From Eledone cirrhosa (Eukaryota): a stretch of 64,000 nt of DNA. Position numbers and translations under genes: made by a program. The stretch is taken from NCBI GenBank assembly GCA_964016885.1, contig OZ024755.1, positions 18,352,001-18,416,000 of the forward strand, given 5' to 3'. This document shows positions 40,824-54,145 of this stretch, in pieces. How positions within the stretch are numbered: position 1 is the stretch's first letter; each line of letters opens with the position of its first letter. Below the pieces are notes generated by a model. That model worked only from the letters and a program-made list of their open reading frames with translations. It did no database searches and was not told the DNA's origin.

Positions 40824-41521
40824 TATATATATGTGTGTGTGTTAAATGACTAAATTATCTCTATAAAAACACTGTTTTATTTAATGTCATATTAAAATCA
40901 CAATGAGACTGTAAAATATAAGTATGGGTTCCCTGAGTTCTAGAAAACTGTATAAGAGTTCCACAACAGAATCAGTATGAGATCTAGTGCTTTAGATTAT
41001 GAATTTCATTCTGCCTGGGTTAATTTAGCCTGTCACCTCTCCAGGATCAATAAAATAAGTAAATAAGTCATGCAAGAGAAGTGAGTTAAATTTATCATAT
41101 CTAGCTCCTTTACAAAATGTGGCCATCAGCCAATGAAAGAAATTAATATATGTATATATGGAAATGTATATATATATATATGTATTGGTAAACGGAAAAG
41201 AAAATGCTGACAAATTGTTCCCAGTGAAAAATAGTTTAATTAGGAATAAGTAAAAATTAGTAATAAGTATTGGTTAGTATTCAGTTTTGGTTTAAGTTTT
41301 TACCGGTTGCGCATTTCTAATGCTTTTCAAAAATAATTTTGAGATAGAGCGCCCGTGATGTTTGCTAATATATATATATATATGTTGTAAGGACAGCATA
41401 TTCACATATAGAATTTCTAGAGCTTATTTTAAAACCTGACAGAGCCCATCTCCTCTCTAGGTCTGAATACAGCAGATTTCTTCCAGAGAAGGATAGCGAG
41501 TGAGAAAATAAAAGTGAGATA

Positions 41522-41800
41522 TCATCATCATCACCGTTTTACGTCCGTTCTTCCACGCTAGCATGGGTTAGACGGGTTGTCCTGTTGTGGGCAGTGTCTG
41601 GTCGGCTGACCATGCCTTGCTCATACAGGAACTGATCTGGCTTGATTTCTACAGCTGGATGCCCTTCCTAACACCAACCTCATTTACAGTGAGTGCTGGG
41701 TGCTTTTTCGTGGCGCCTACACGTCCACTTTACAGTGTGGGCTGGGTGCTTTTTTGCCGTGGCACCTCCACGACCACCTTGCGGTGGGGGTGGGGGGGGG
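41522..41800 (-). mobile_element. Family C SINE/LINE-tail element
   Basis: (CAT)n, ttttacgtccg, ggatgcccttcctaacaccaacc. Confidence 0.8.
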
Positions 41801-43495
41801 GCATATTATATATATATATATTGACCCGAATCTTCCTGGTCGTTCTTTTTCGGCTGCATGGGTGATTTTAGGCATAATCTTTGTGTGTTGGTATTTTAAC
41901 GATAGTTATAGCTCTGATTTATCTGAATTATTGAGCCCTCTGCCACTCATGTCGGATTTGTTTATCGTTAATTCGTGAGCTGATTTTCCAATACTCGATT
42001 ATTCTAATATATATATATAGAGGAAGAGTCGATTCCAGTAAAGGAAAAGTTGACCATGGCAGTATTTGAACTCAGAGACAAGAGAGTCAAAACAAATGCT
42101 GCAATTGATGAGCTAACGACTCTTTGCAGTATTTGTTTTGACTCTCTGCGCTCTGAGTTCAAATACTGCCGAGGTCAACTTGGCCTTTCTGCCATCCGAG
42201 GTTGTGACAAAAAAAGTATTTGTCATCAAATACACTAAGTTTAGAAAGCAAGAAAACTAATTTTAGAATTGTGTACATAGATAGAGACAGTTCAAACAAC
42301 CACTTGTTGGGATTATTTATTCATATATTGATATATACTGATATATATTGATCTCAGACATCCATAAAGCTTGTTACTTTTATTCAATGCTACTAATATG
42401 TTGTTAGACATTGTTAGTTTATATTATTTGGAAAATCATTTCAAATGGGTTTTCAACAATAATGTAAGAATCGTTGCTGACTCAGCACTGACCAAACCTT
42501 GCAGCTGATCAGAGAAACTGTTAGACACTTTCACAGACAAAAACATATGAAACAGTAGTAATTTCAGCACGATGGAAAATCAGATATGGTGTATGTGTGT
42601 ATGTGCAAACGTGCATGTCTGTCTATGCAAGCACGTGTCATTGTGTTCACACACACACACACACACACATGTGCATATGTTTTTTTTTACTTGATAGCAG
42701 CAGAGGCAGTAGCTCAGTCTATAGCCATACATACAGGATTTAGATGTTGACAAGAAATATTTATTTATAATGCTTTATATATTCTTCTAAGAAATTCTAA
42801 CGATATATTTATTGTCAGATAAGCTTCCTTTGTATTGAAGGAAACGAAATGATAAAATGTCCAACATGATTTTGAGAGAGAGAGAGGGGAGGGGAATACT
42901 ATGGAACCAATAAAAGTCTTTCACTCCCAATCAAAAACTACCACCTCTACCTCAACCACCACTATGTCAATCACCACCACAACTACTATGCCAACCACCA
43001 CCACTATATAACCACCACCATTGTATCAAACACCACAACAACCACCACCTTAAATCATTAATTTATTCATAGCAACCTAAAGACAATCTACACAGTTTGT
43101 AAGGTGACCATATATTTTCTTAGTAGTACATCATCATCATTCTAACCACTGTTTAACATCCATTTTACCATGCTAGTATGGGTTAGACTACTTTATACTA
43201 AATAAAACATTCAACTCATTTTAACTAAATGAGTTGAATGGTGTGATAATGGACGAGGTATTAGAGAAAGTGGGGAGTTGAGTTGAGTTGAGTCCAAGAG
43301 GGGAATAGGACCCAAGGCGGTGAATCAGACATTGTTCAGTCCTGGTGCGCGAAATCAACTGTCCCAAAACAGATGTGTCAAAATAGATGTGATGTATGTA
43401 TGTGCCTGAGCAGACACCTTATCGATTAGAAATATATTGTGATAGTCTTAGAAGAATTTTGCAAGAATCCTTTCTCACTTAGATGATGATGATGC

Positions 43496-43530
<35 letters not shown>

Positions 43531-43647
43531 ATAATGATTCTGTGAGTGTGCAGGTGAGACTCCAGAGTAACAAGACTCACTACTTGGCCACAATAAAGAA
43601 ATAATTTAAACACCACTTCGATATTGAGTATTTTTTCTTGTCTGTCA

Positions 43648-43682
<35 letters not shown>

Positions 43683-43722
43683 CATATATATGTGTCTGTA
43701 TAAGATTACAATTTAACTTATA

Positions 43723-43759
<37 letters not shown>

Positions 43760-45389
43760 AAATACAAAGCAGGTATAAAACATGGTTGTTAGTATGTATT
43801 GAAAAGAAAATCCTTTAAACTAGAACAATTCAGATTTTCAGGGAGAGAGGGTGAGTAGGGGGGTTAATTCTGAGACAATACATACACTAGAATCACTACA
43901 TCATAGTCAATCCATTACTAAGGTATTGTAACTTAAAAATGGAACTTAAGGATTCCAAAATATAATAATAATCATTTCTTTTTAATAACAACAACAATAA
44001 TAATAATAAAGACAGCAACTGTATTTTCTATTTACCTATCATATATTTCTACTGCTAAAAATCATCTCTTATATATATATGATGTTTATGTGTGTGTGTG
44101 TGTGTGTGTTGTAAGCTCAACTTTTTACATTAACTACACTCTGCTTCCCCAGGTATTGAGTATTGAGCTAAACAATGGTTTAAACTGCTAACTCCCAAAT
44201 TACACACACATACAAATTAATATTAATAAGAATGAGCAAGCATCTATTGTTGAATTTAAGCCTCACCCACATACATTTCCTACTTATAGTGCTTTCAAAC
44301 AATGGAAAGTAAAGGGAGAGAGAGAGAGAGAGAGAAAGAGAGGGAGTGTAAGAGGGTGTGAGTCAAGAAATGGTGGTTGTAATACACACATGTGAGCAGA
44401 AGCCGGCTTTTTCTTAATGCTAGGAACAGAAGAAGCCTTAGAGAGAAGTCCAGTAAGTAGGTAGATAGGAGACAAACAATAAGACTGAACTGGGAGGGAA
44501 CTTACAGAGAAAGGGATTAGAAAAAAGGTGCAAAGGAAATATTTATGAAAAGGCTCATTATAAATGAGATTAAAAAGAAAAAACAAGGAACTCCAAATAA
44601 TTACCCAAGTTGTTAAGGAACCAAATCAGAAATGAAGAAAATTTATCGTCTCAGATCTGTCATTCTTTTCATGTCATGCTGGTTCTGTCGAGAACGATAA
44701 CAGCCCTTTCTAGTTAGATTTTCCACAGGAAGTCATGGAAAGACTATCGAATTACAAAACTGGAACTTGTAGTAGTAGCAGCAACAGCTACAACCGAAGT
44801 AGTGAATGCCATGACAACAAGGGTGATAATTTTCTACAGCTGAACATTCCACCATGCTTAATAGACTCTGGAACACTTTTACAGAGCTTCAACCACGCTA
44901 ATAAACTCTAGTACACTTTGCAGAGCTTCAACCACACTAACAAAATAGAATAGTTTATGGAACTGTCTCATTCTATATGCATTTGTTAGCTCGTCTTGAG
45001 ATATTTATTTTTATTTCTATTCCAAAACATTTACAGAAATGGCCACTCCTAAACGCATGCACACACAAAATAATCCAGTTTAAATACACATGAATGGATA
45101 TCTATTTTTAAACCAAAACATACACAAATAACGAAAAAATATTCTTTCTAATGGAACTAAAGAAAAATACAAGAATTTTTTTTTTTTGATAAGAGCAAAA
45201 TCTTGATATATTCAAATCAGGAAAAATGAATAATATCATTTTTAAAAATATTATTATTTATTAATAGCAGTAATATTATTGTCTATGATAAAGAATTTTA
45301 ACAAAACAGGAGCCAGTACAATAAACTTTTATTTTTATAATGTGCCAAAAGGAATCTAAGAAGCTAGCTATAACGAAGTTGTCTGCCAT

Positions 45390-45624
45390 CAACCCTTTAG
45401 TTACCAACCCGGCCAAAACCGGCTCTGGTTCTGTGAAGTATAGCCACCCATTTTAAAGGTTTCCAATTTAAATTAAAATATTCCAACATAATTTTATATA
45501 AGACCTTTACATTAAGATACTGTCTTAGTAATGAAATAATAATTTTCGTAAATCCCTCAAAATCCTTCATGAATTAATTAGAATAGAATGTATTTCATAA
45601 GAAATGTGGTCATGAAAGGGTTAA
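45390..45624. mobile_element. piggyBac-like MITE, family 2
   Basis: aa-CCCTTTAGTTACCA...TGGTCATGAAAGGG-TTAA; degenerate relatives near 9048, 14840, 22680 and 35990. Confidence 0.65.
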
Positions 45625-46717
45625 AGAAGGATAGAAAGATCCTTTCGTTAATTAACAGTGACAGGTGTTCTATCGAACTGCAGGTGACTTCACTAAATGT
45701 CAATATGACATCGACTTGATATATGTAGGCTGGTTGATTCTTAAATTAAAGATATTACCTGCATATTACCTTAACAGAGGCTTCCTTTTAAAAAGATATT
45801 GCAGTAAATACACAAATGTGTCTCACATTATTTTTCACCTTAGAATGTTCATAATTAAATTCATATTTTAGTATCCTTTTACTTTCATATTCACAATTCT
45901 AGGCGACTTCTAAAGATTTCATTAAAAAACCTTCTCGTAAGGTAGTAAACGTTACCCCTTCCTTTACATTTTCTTTAATATTGCAACATTAAAAGAATAT
46001 ATCCTTCTGAAAGAATCGCGAGCAATTTATAATGTTATTTAAGCATTTGTAATGTTATTTAAAACATATTTGTTATGTTATTCTACTGTAAATTTATTTA
46101 TATGCTTTGTGTATATCATATATGTTCATATTTTCACTCCCATTTGTAACGTTATTTAATTTAATTAAAAAAAAAAAAGGTAGTAAACTGCAAGCAAGGA
46201 AGATTTGAAATCGGTGTTCAATATTACTAACAGACATTCTGTAATATTTATTTCTAATGTCAGTATACAAAATATTAAATTCTTTATTATTTAATGTAAT
46301 TTTATCCTAGAAATATATTTGAATATTTTGAAATAAAACACTGTAGACTAAAAAATTAAAAAAATTTAAATTATCTGTCAATTTAAATCAATACCAATAA
46401 AAATATTTAAACGATTATATCTTTTAAGTTAAAATTCCCCAAGTAAATATATTTCTTCGTTCCTTTGTCTTAAAATCATTCTTTTAGTTTCAAGAATTAA
46501 ATAATACAATTATGTTATAAGCTAATATTTCAAAATGAAAGAAGAATTATATAGCAAATTCAAAATAATAGAATATTCTATAATCAAAATAGAAATGTCT
46601 ATTTAAAGAAAAAAATTAATCATTAAATGAAGTCATTTCTGTCTTAGTAATAATTATTCCCGAAATAATTCTGTATTGTGTGTGTGTATATATACTGGAA
46701 TTACAATACAGAATCGT

Positions 46718-46762
<45 letters not shown>

Positions 46763-46854
46763 AAAAGGAAAACAGAAAAAAAACACAAAGCAAACGACAC
46801 AGTACAATGAAGAAATATATTATTAGTTTTACGCTTGATATAGTAGGAAAAGAG

Positions 46855-46889
46855 TCTTAACGTTTCGGACACTAATCCTTCATCAGAAA
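46855..46889 (-). ncRNA. Minimal type I hammerhead ribozyme motif
   Basis: Minus strand: uuu CUGAUGA a GGA uuagug UCC GAAA cg UUA aga; palindromic AACGUU stem III; weak stem I. Confidence 0.6.
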
Positions 46890-46945
46890 ATAGAGTGAGA
46901 AATTAAAAAAGAAATAGAAAGATTGAGGAGACGTGTAGGGCGGAA

Positions 46946-46982
<37 letters not shown>

Positions 46983-47104
46983 GCTTTTAATATAACACCT
47001 TAAACGTTTATTATATTTCCATGTTAAACGAAATATTCAGTTATAATGGAATAAATTACTAAAATATCAGCAACTCCACAAAATAATAATTATTTCTTTA
47101 TTTC

Positions 47105-47142
<38 letters not shown>

Positions 47143-48007
47143 TGTTTCTACTTTTGGCACAAGGCCAGCAATTACCCAGTGTATTACTGGTACTTTATTT
47201 CATAATAATAATAATAATAATAATAATGAAAATATAAACATTGATTCGAAAGAGAGAGAGTGGGGGATGATATTTCAAAATATCTTTAGTTGGTATTTTT
47301 AAAGAATATCCTACTATATAAACCAATAATGGAAGCAGGTGTAATTAGTAAGACTTGGGTAATATAGATCTAATATACAGGTATTTCTTTCTGATGGCTA
47401 CCTTTGATAAGGATCAGCGGTAAATGGCAAATATATTCCAGGCCAAATACAACAATAACTTTCTCCTCTAAAAATCTTGCAAACATGTAATGAAATAACA
47501 GAAGTAATTCTTGCAACATGAGACATAATTTGTTCCTATTTTACATCATTCACTTCAAAGAACTACAGCAGCTACCACCACCTCCCTCTCCCTCTCTATA
47601 TATATACCATTCCTTCTACACAGGATCATTTGTAACCATTCCAGACAACGTATGACACACACAAACACACGCTTATCACATACACACATACATACACAAG
47701 ATCTAACACATATAACTACATACACAAGCACTTATACACACACAAACACTAACACACGCTATCACATACACAAGATCTAACACACTATCACACACAGCTA
47801 CATACACAAGCACTTATACACTATCACACATATACACACACAAACACTAACACCATCATACACACGCTATCACATACATACATACATACATACATACATA
47901 CATACATACATGCACAAACACTATTACACACAGATGCATACACAAGATTTAACACACTATCACATACACAAGCACCAACACTATCACACACAAGCACCTA
48001 TACACTA

Positions 48008-48051
<44 letters not shown>

Positions 48052-48152
48052 CCACTAACACACACACACAAGCATGCTACTAGGAACCAAACTATAATAT
48101 ACATATGGAAGGATTAAAAAAAAATGTTATCAACGTTTTTCTTTTAATGTAA

Positions 48153-48208
<56 letters not shown>

Positions 48209-48290
48209 AGGTAACAATCAGGTGGAAATAATAACAATAACAACAACAACAATAATAACCATTATTGTTATTATAATAATAAGTACATAC

Positions 48291-48354
48291 CAAGAAAGAG
48301 TACTGAAGAATTAATCCAACGGCTACTAAAAGAGTCACAGAATTCCAGCTCCAT
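48291..48354 (-). CDS. Candidate alternative first coding exon MELEFCDSFSSRWINSSVLFL(G), or a uORF
   Basis: aaacATGG Kozak-like start, 21 codons+1 nt, donor TTG|gtatgt; phase 1 fits the 17629 exon; preceded by ~700 nt of unique 5'UTR-like sequence. Confidence 0.45.
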
Positions 48355-48559
48355 GTTTATGGAATTGGAGAAGGTTTAAACCATTGAATGATATAAATGA
48401 TTTCTTATATCTTTGGTAGAGGCAGTGATATCGATAGAGTCAATAACGCAATAACAGAAAAGCAGATTTATAAGAAGCAAAACATGTTTGGTTTGGTTTG
48501 GTTTCGTTTGGTTTGTTTTGTTTGTATATTTGTAGTTTTATCATCATCTGAACGAAGAG

Positions 48560-49600
48560 GAGTCTCTCCGGTGTAATAATCCAAACCACAACAACAGCAG
48601 TAGCAAGAGCAGCAGAAGAGGCGACGGCGTCATCTGTAGTAAGCAAGCTACTATATAAGAGGAGAAAGGTGGTTCCAAACTTAACTTACGTTTCCTCACA
48701 ACAAATCTCTCTAGTAAGAAGAAGAAGAAGACACTTATAATCTACACAGGGCATGTCTATTCTTGGTTGTCACCTCACCGTGTTAACGAAGCAGAGAGAC
48801 GGTTAGTGAGGTGAGACAGAGAGAGAATGAGATATAGAGAGATATAGAGAGAGATAGAGAGAGAGGGAGGGAGGGGAGATGGTGCAGCTTTTGAAGCTAA
48901 ACAAACACCAGAGCTACCTGGCAATGGCAGCAGTAACAGTAGTAGTAGTAGTAGCAGCAGCAGTAGTATAGTAGTAGAAGGAGTAGTAGCAACAATAACA
49001 GTTGTAGAGGACAAGTGCTTTGTTCCCTCTACTATGCCTTACTGAAAAACGACAGGCTGATTTTTATTTTTCAGCGGGAGTTACTAAGCATGATCTGATA
49101 ATGATAAGGCTTGGCAATGAGTGGACACCATTTATTTATGTATTTATTTATTCGTTATACTCGTCAACGACACCATCACCATCACCGCCACTATCACCAA
49201 CCATAGGCACCACCGCACCACCACCGCTGCACCCATCAACGACACCACCACCACCACCACTATCACCAACCATCGGCACCACCACAGCCGTCACCATCCG
49301 TCAGCGACACCACCACCACCACCACCACTTTCACCAACCATCGGCACCACCACAGCCGCCACCATCCGTCAGCGACACCACCACCACCACCACCACCACC
49401 ACCATCAACAACCATCCACACCATAGCCGCCACCATCCGTCAACGACGCCACCATCCGTTAACGACTCCACCTCCGTCACTATCACCACCACCACTGTCA
49501 CTCCTCAACACGCCCCCCCCCCCCCACCACCACCAGCAGCAGAGCATAGAATCCAGATAAACAAACCTCCCACACATTCAACTACTGAAAATAACCAGGA
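48560..49600. promoter_or_regulatory. Candidate promoter/5'UTR region of the minus-strand gene
   Basis: Locally GC/CpG-richer, TE-free, with (GA)n and (CCA)n tracts just upstream of the 48354 exon; extra donor-like AC|gtaagt near 48690. Confidence 0.35.
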
Positions 49601-50336
49601 AAACCAGGTATGAAAGGGGACAAATCATTATTAATGGTTCGTTATTTAATTTGCTGTGACAATGATTTACTATATGACAGCAAGGTAAATATAAAGCTTG
49701 ACGTTTAACACCCAACAGTCTACTCCTAGTTTAACATATTTCTATTAACAAACAGTAGTTTATATATATAGTAGTATATATATATATATATACAAGACAT
49801 AAACAGAGAAAGCCTTAAGCGATACTCCGACCAACTCCATCTCACTCAACAAACATTAGGATATACCTAAGTATTATCCCAATTTAGTGTTTGGGGTGCT
49901 AACTAATCAGTATTTCGTGGACAGCTGGTTGTATTATTTTATACGAGACATTATTAAATAAATATCTCTTTCCTTCCAGACGGCCGTTTCGTTATAAGAT
50001 TTCTACAATTTGGGATAAATATATATATATATATATATATATGTAGATAAATCTACCAAGAGTTTACGGTAGTGTCCAATCCGTATGAAGAACTCAATGT
50101 AATCCGGATATCATGGAAAGAAGAGATGCAATGAAAAATCACTTTCGGTGAAAGATAAACGGAATACAGAGTCAAGATAAAATATTAAAAAAATAATGAA
50201 TAAAACAATGAAACAGTTCCTTATATTAAACAATAATGAACTTTTTTTGTTTAATATAAGGAACTGTTTCATTGTTTTCTTCATTATTTTTTTTAATATT
50301 TTATATATATATATATATTTGTGTAAGTGTGTGTGT

Positions 50337-50368
<32 letters not shown>

Positions 50369-51392
50369 AAGGGACGGGCTGGCGGGAATCAGCGTGTTTT
50401 GGTGATGATGGTGTGTGTGTGTATGTATATATATATATATATATAAATATATATATATTATATCTATAGCCCCGACACTGCCCACTGTGTCTTTGATGTT
50501 GATTTCATAATAACACGTCACATTTTAGTTAGATTAGAGATGGAAAAATCTTCTGCTGAGCCAAGGTTTCGATTCAATTCTAGCTTGTAGGCATTTTTTT
50601 TTTTTTTTTTACTTCTCTTCTTCTACCGACCGCTAATGCTATTTAGAAACCACGACAAAAACGCGCTTGTCCCACCTCCTATTCTTTAACCCCACTTCCC
50701 TGTCTTATATAGACCTGAAGCATATGATATGCAAGAAATCAATAGAGAGATAGAGCGAGACTAGTTTCTAAGACTGGATCCAAATAGCATGTGAGGAGAC
50801 AAGATTGAATTCCTTCTAAGAAAATCATTGGGGAAATGAAATTCCATTAGGGAGCTATAACCAGTACGTGTAGTGATGTGCGAGCAAGGAAAATATATTT
50901 AAAGTATCACATATACATACATACATACATATATATATATCCTTTCGTTTCTTATCCTTTTGTATATAATTTTTGGGATATATATTTATCAAATGACAAA
51001 AATTCCCTCATTTAATATTTCCAAATGCTTTCTTTGATAGAAATGAAATTTGTTAAATAAAATTGATATCTTTTTATCCAGTAACATGAGTAAAATTTTA
51101 TTTTATGGCATTCATGCTTCTTTGTTGGTGTAATACTATAAATATATATATTTTCCTTATTTTTACAGGGAAATGAAACCATGTCACAGATCTAACTTGG
51201 AATTTATTCTCAAATCAGAGAAGATATTTATTGAAGAAAACATTTATAAAGGAATATAATAAAGTACAGAGTACTTAGCTGAATTATGGTCTTACTAGTC
51301 TATACTAGTAACTCCCAGGTCTCTCTCTCTAACATCCATTATATATATATACACACATATATATATATATATTTTTATATATATATATATAT

Positions 51393-51733
51393 ATCATCAT
51401 CATCATTTTACGCCCGCTTTTCCCTGCTTGCAAGGGTGGGACGGGAACTGATTCTGGCTTGATTTCTACAGCTGGATGCCCTTCCTAACACCAACCTCAT
51501 TTACAGTGAGTGCTGGGTGCTTTTTTGCCGTGGCACCTACACGACCACTTTGCAGTAGAATGATATGGACCCCAGTCCCTATCATCCCATCTCATTTCTA
51601 CAGCTGAGTAAACTGGAGCAATGTGAAATAAAGTGTCTTGCTCAAGGAAACAACACATCACCCGGTCTGAGAATTGAACTCACAACCTTTCGATTGCAAA
51701 GCCAATACTCTAACCCCTAAGCCATGTGCCTCC
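51393..51733 (-). mobile_element. SINE family B, full length
   Basis: Head ggaggcacatggcttag.ggttagag, B box, (GAT)n tail; sits in (TA)n. Confidence 0.9.
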
Positions 51734-51961
51734 ATATATATATATATATACATATATATATAGAGAGAGTGAGACTGGGAGTTACTAGTATAGACTCTCT
51801 CTAACATCCATTATATATACGGGGTCGATAAAATAAAGTACCAGTGATGTACTGGGTAATTGCTGGCCTTGTGCCAAAAGTAGAAACAATTATATATATA
51901 TATATATAGTGAAATAAAATAACAAGGACGATTGGTTACTCCTTCATTACATTTATTGGTT

Positions 51962-52046
51962 GGTGACGTGCGTTTCGTCACTGATCAGCTCAAGGTTCGA
52001 TCTGTATCGATCTGACCCGACTCTGTAATCTGCGGCTCGTCAGACC
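51962..52046 (-). ncRNA. Type I hammerhead ribozyme motif with a long stem II
   Basis: GGU CUGACGA [59-nt imperfect stem II] GAAAC gcac GUC ACC, followed by AAUAAA. Confidence 0.7.
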
Positions 52047-52072
52047 CCTTGTAATGGTAATGGACACTCCCT

Positions 52073-52153
<81 letters not shown>

Positions 52154-52275
52154 TATGAGCAAGATATGGTCACCTGATCCGAATTGTGTCAATGTGACAA
52201 ACCGTCAAATCCATACAAGCATGGAAAATGGATGTTAGATGATTATATGTGTGTGTGTATGTGTGTGTGTGTGTA

Positions 52276-52325
<50 letters not shown>

Positions 52326-53152
52326 GGACAGGCAGCCACTGAAAGCTTGCCAAAAAAGGGTTAGGAAGATGCTTTAATCATGTAAATGACATGACAACCT
52401 CCCTGATGCTGGGGTCACAAAAAGATGCGCTCAGTAAAATGTATGTAAGCAAGATGCAAGCCCCAGCCCATCTAAGAGGTGAGTAGCCCTGCTTAAATAC
52501 TGACTTGGTCTGTGGCATGTTTAACCCTTAGGGAAAACAGATGTCAAATGATGACCACGATGATGATAAAGTGTAAGCTTGAGACTTGTTATCCTGGAGT
52601 TTCTCCTTTAAGGTCACAGTGTCATCAAACACAACTCTGGTCAGATGACACTGTGACGACCTAGAAGAAACTCCAGAGTAACAAGTCACAAACTTAGCCT
52701 TCATAAAAAGATTACCTCTTCTATGATATTGAGCATTCATTCTCACAACCTTGATTACTAAGTACATATATATATATATACACATATATATATAACAAAG
52801 AAAGTGTGGTAAGAAACCAGGTGGACCATAATGCACCAGAGTACTCGATACTATCTCGTGTTGTTATTTTTACACTCTTTCCTACGTTCCTCTACACCTC
52901 ATTTTACATTTCCTCTTACATCTCTCTCCTTACCACCTGATTCTGTTACCTGGATATTTACCTATCTGCATTGTTGAGGTTTCCAAAACAACCAATTTAT
53001 TATTCCACAATGCTTCAAGCAAACTTCAACACTCTCTTTATATATATATATATATCCGGCTGAGGTTGAAGGAACAGAATAGCGGTCGCCCTCGGGTCCT
53101 CGATTTTCAGCCCCATGGATTTTATCTATTACATTCACGTATTATATTTCGA

Positions 53153-53210
53153 ATACCTGATGAAATCACCGGATTCATACGGAACCCGGTCATTGAAATG
53201 ATCATAGTAT
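53153..53210 (+). ncRNA. Minimal type I hammerhead ribozyme motif
   Basis: AUAC CUGAUGA AAUcACCGG..CCGGUcAUU GAAA UGAUCA UA GUAU: perfect 4-bp stem I, palindromic AUGAUCAU stem III, AUA triplet. Confidence 0.8.
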
Positions 53211-53906
53211 AATACACCTTTCAAGGATTTACACAAATCCAGCCTCCTGTCATTTCATTATAATATTTAACTCCGTAATAGCACCACCAACTACAAAAAC
53301 AAAGATGGTTGAACTGCTTTACGTTGAGTACTCTCTATATTATTGCATTACGATTGACCATACAGAATAGACCAGCTCTATACAGTGGTGAACCTCAAAC
53401 CTGAATATATATATATATATATATATATACAATATATAGAGGGGGAAAGACACAGGAGAGTGTGTTTTTCATTACAGGAATTTCAAACCACCAGCGTGAG
53501 AAGAATATAAACTACTAGAGGCATTGGTAAAACATTAAAATTAAAAGTATAAATTGAAATGAAAAACCATCCTCACCTAAATCACACATGTACACACTCA
53601 CCAGGAGCATGTTTCGCCATTTTAGTGGGTCCCAATACGGCCCGGTGGGTCATTAGCATGTGGAAGGCCAATATTGTCCGCACTACTAGAGAGAGAAGTA
53701 AAATAAACCACCCTTCGCACGTGTAGACATAAGAGGAATGCGTGCTCGGGGCAGTAACTGGTGGTATGAACAGAACAAGCTGCTAGAGATGGCAGCCTAT
53801 ACTAATCAATTTAAGGTGCTCAACAGCATAGAGAGCGCAAGGAGCAAATATCAAGTAAAAATAACGGAGCAAAGGATGTGGTTACACAACAGTTAGTTCA
53901 CCATAC

Positions 53907-53944
53907 CGAGAACAATTGTTTCACCTTAGCGGATCCTCAGCTCG
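53907..53944 (-). ncRNA. Minimal type I hammerhead motif (left arm of a palindrome)
   Basis: CGAG CUGAGGA u CC gcuaa GG u GAAA CAAUUG UU CUCG. Confidence 0.72.
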
Positions 53945-53963
53945 TAATCCGAGCTCGTAATTA

Positions 53964-54001
53964 CGAGCTGAGGATCCTTTAAGGTGAAATAATTGTTCTT
54001 G
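53964..54001 (+). ncRNA. Minimal type I hammerhead motif (right arm of a palindrome)
   Basis: CGAG CUGAGGA u CC uuuaa GG u GAAA UAAUUG UU CUUG. Confidence 0.65.
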
Positions 54002-54096
54002 GTATGGTGAACTAACTGTTGTGTAACCACTTCTACCTAACTCGTCCCGTGGACTGAGTGCTCTACCACTACGGATATTACCTTCCAGTGTTCTAC

Positions 54097-54145
<49 letters not shown>

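Noticed and set aside
44736-44912. 58-aa plus-strand ORF (MERLSNYKTG...) after a cag acceptor-like site
   Set aside because: No similarity or partner exons; the region could equally be a non-coding minus-strand exon, so it is not supportable.
49020-49613. 197-aa Pro/Thr/His-rich ORF
   Set aside because: Arises from a (CCA)n low-complexity tract with internal duplications; non-ATG start.
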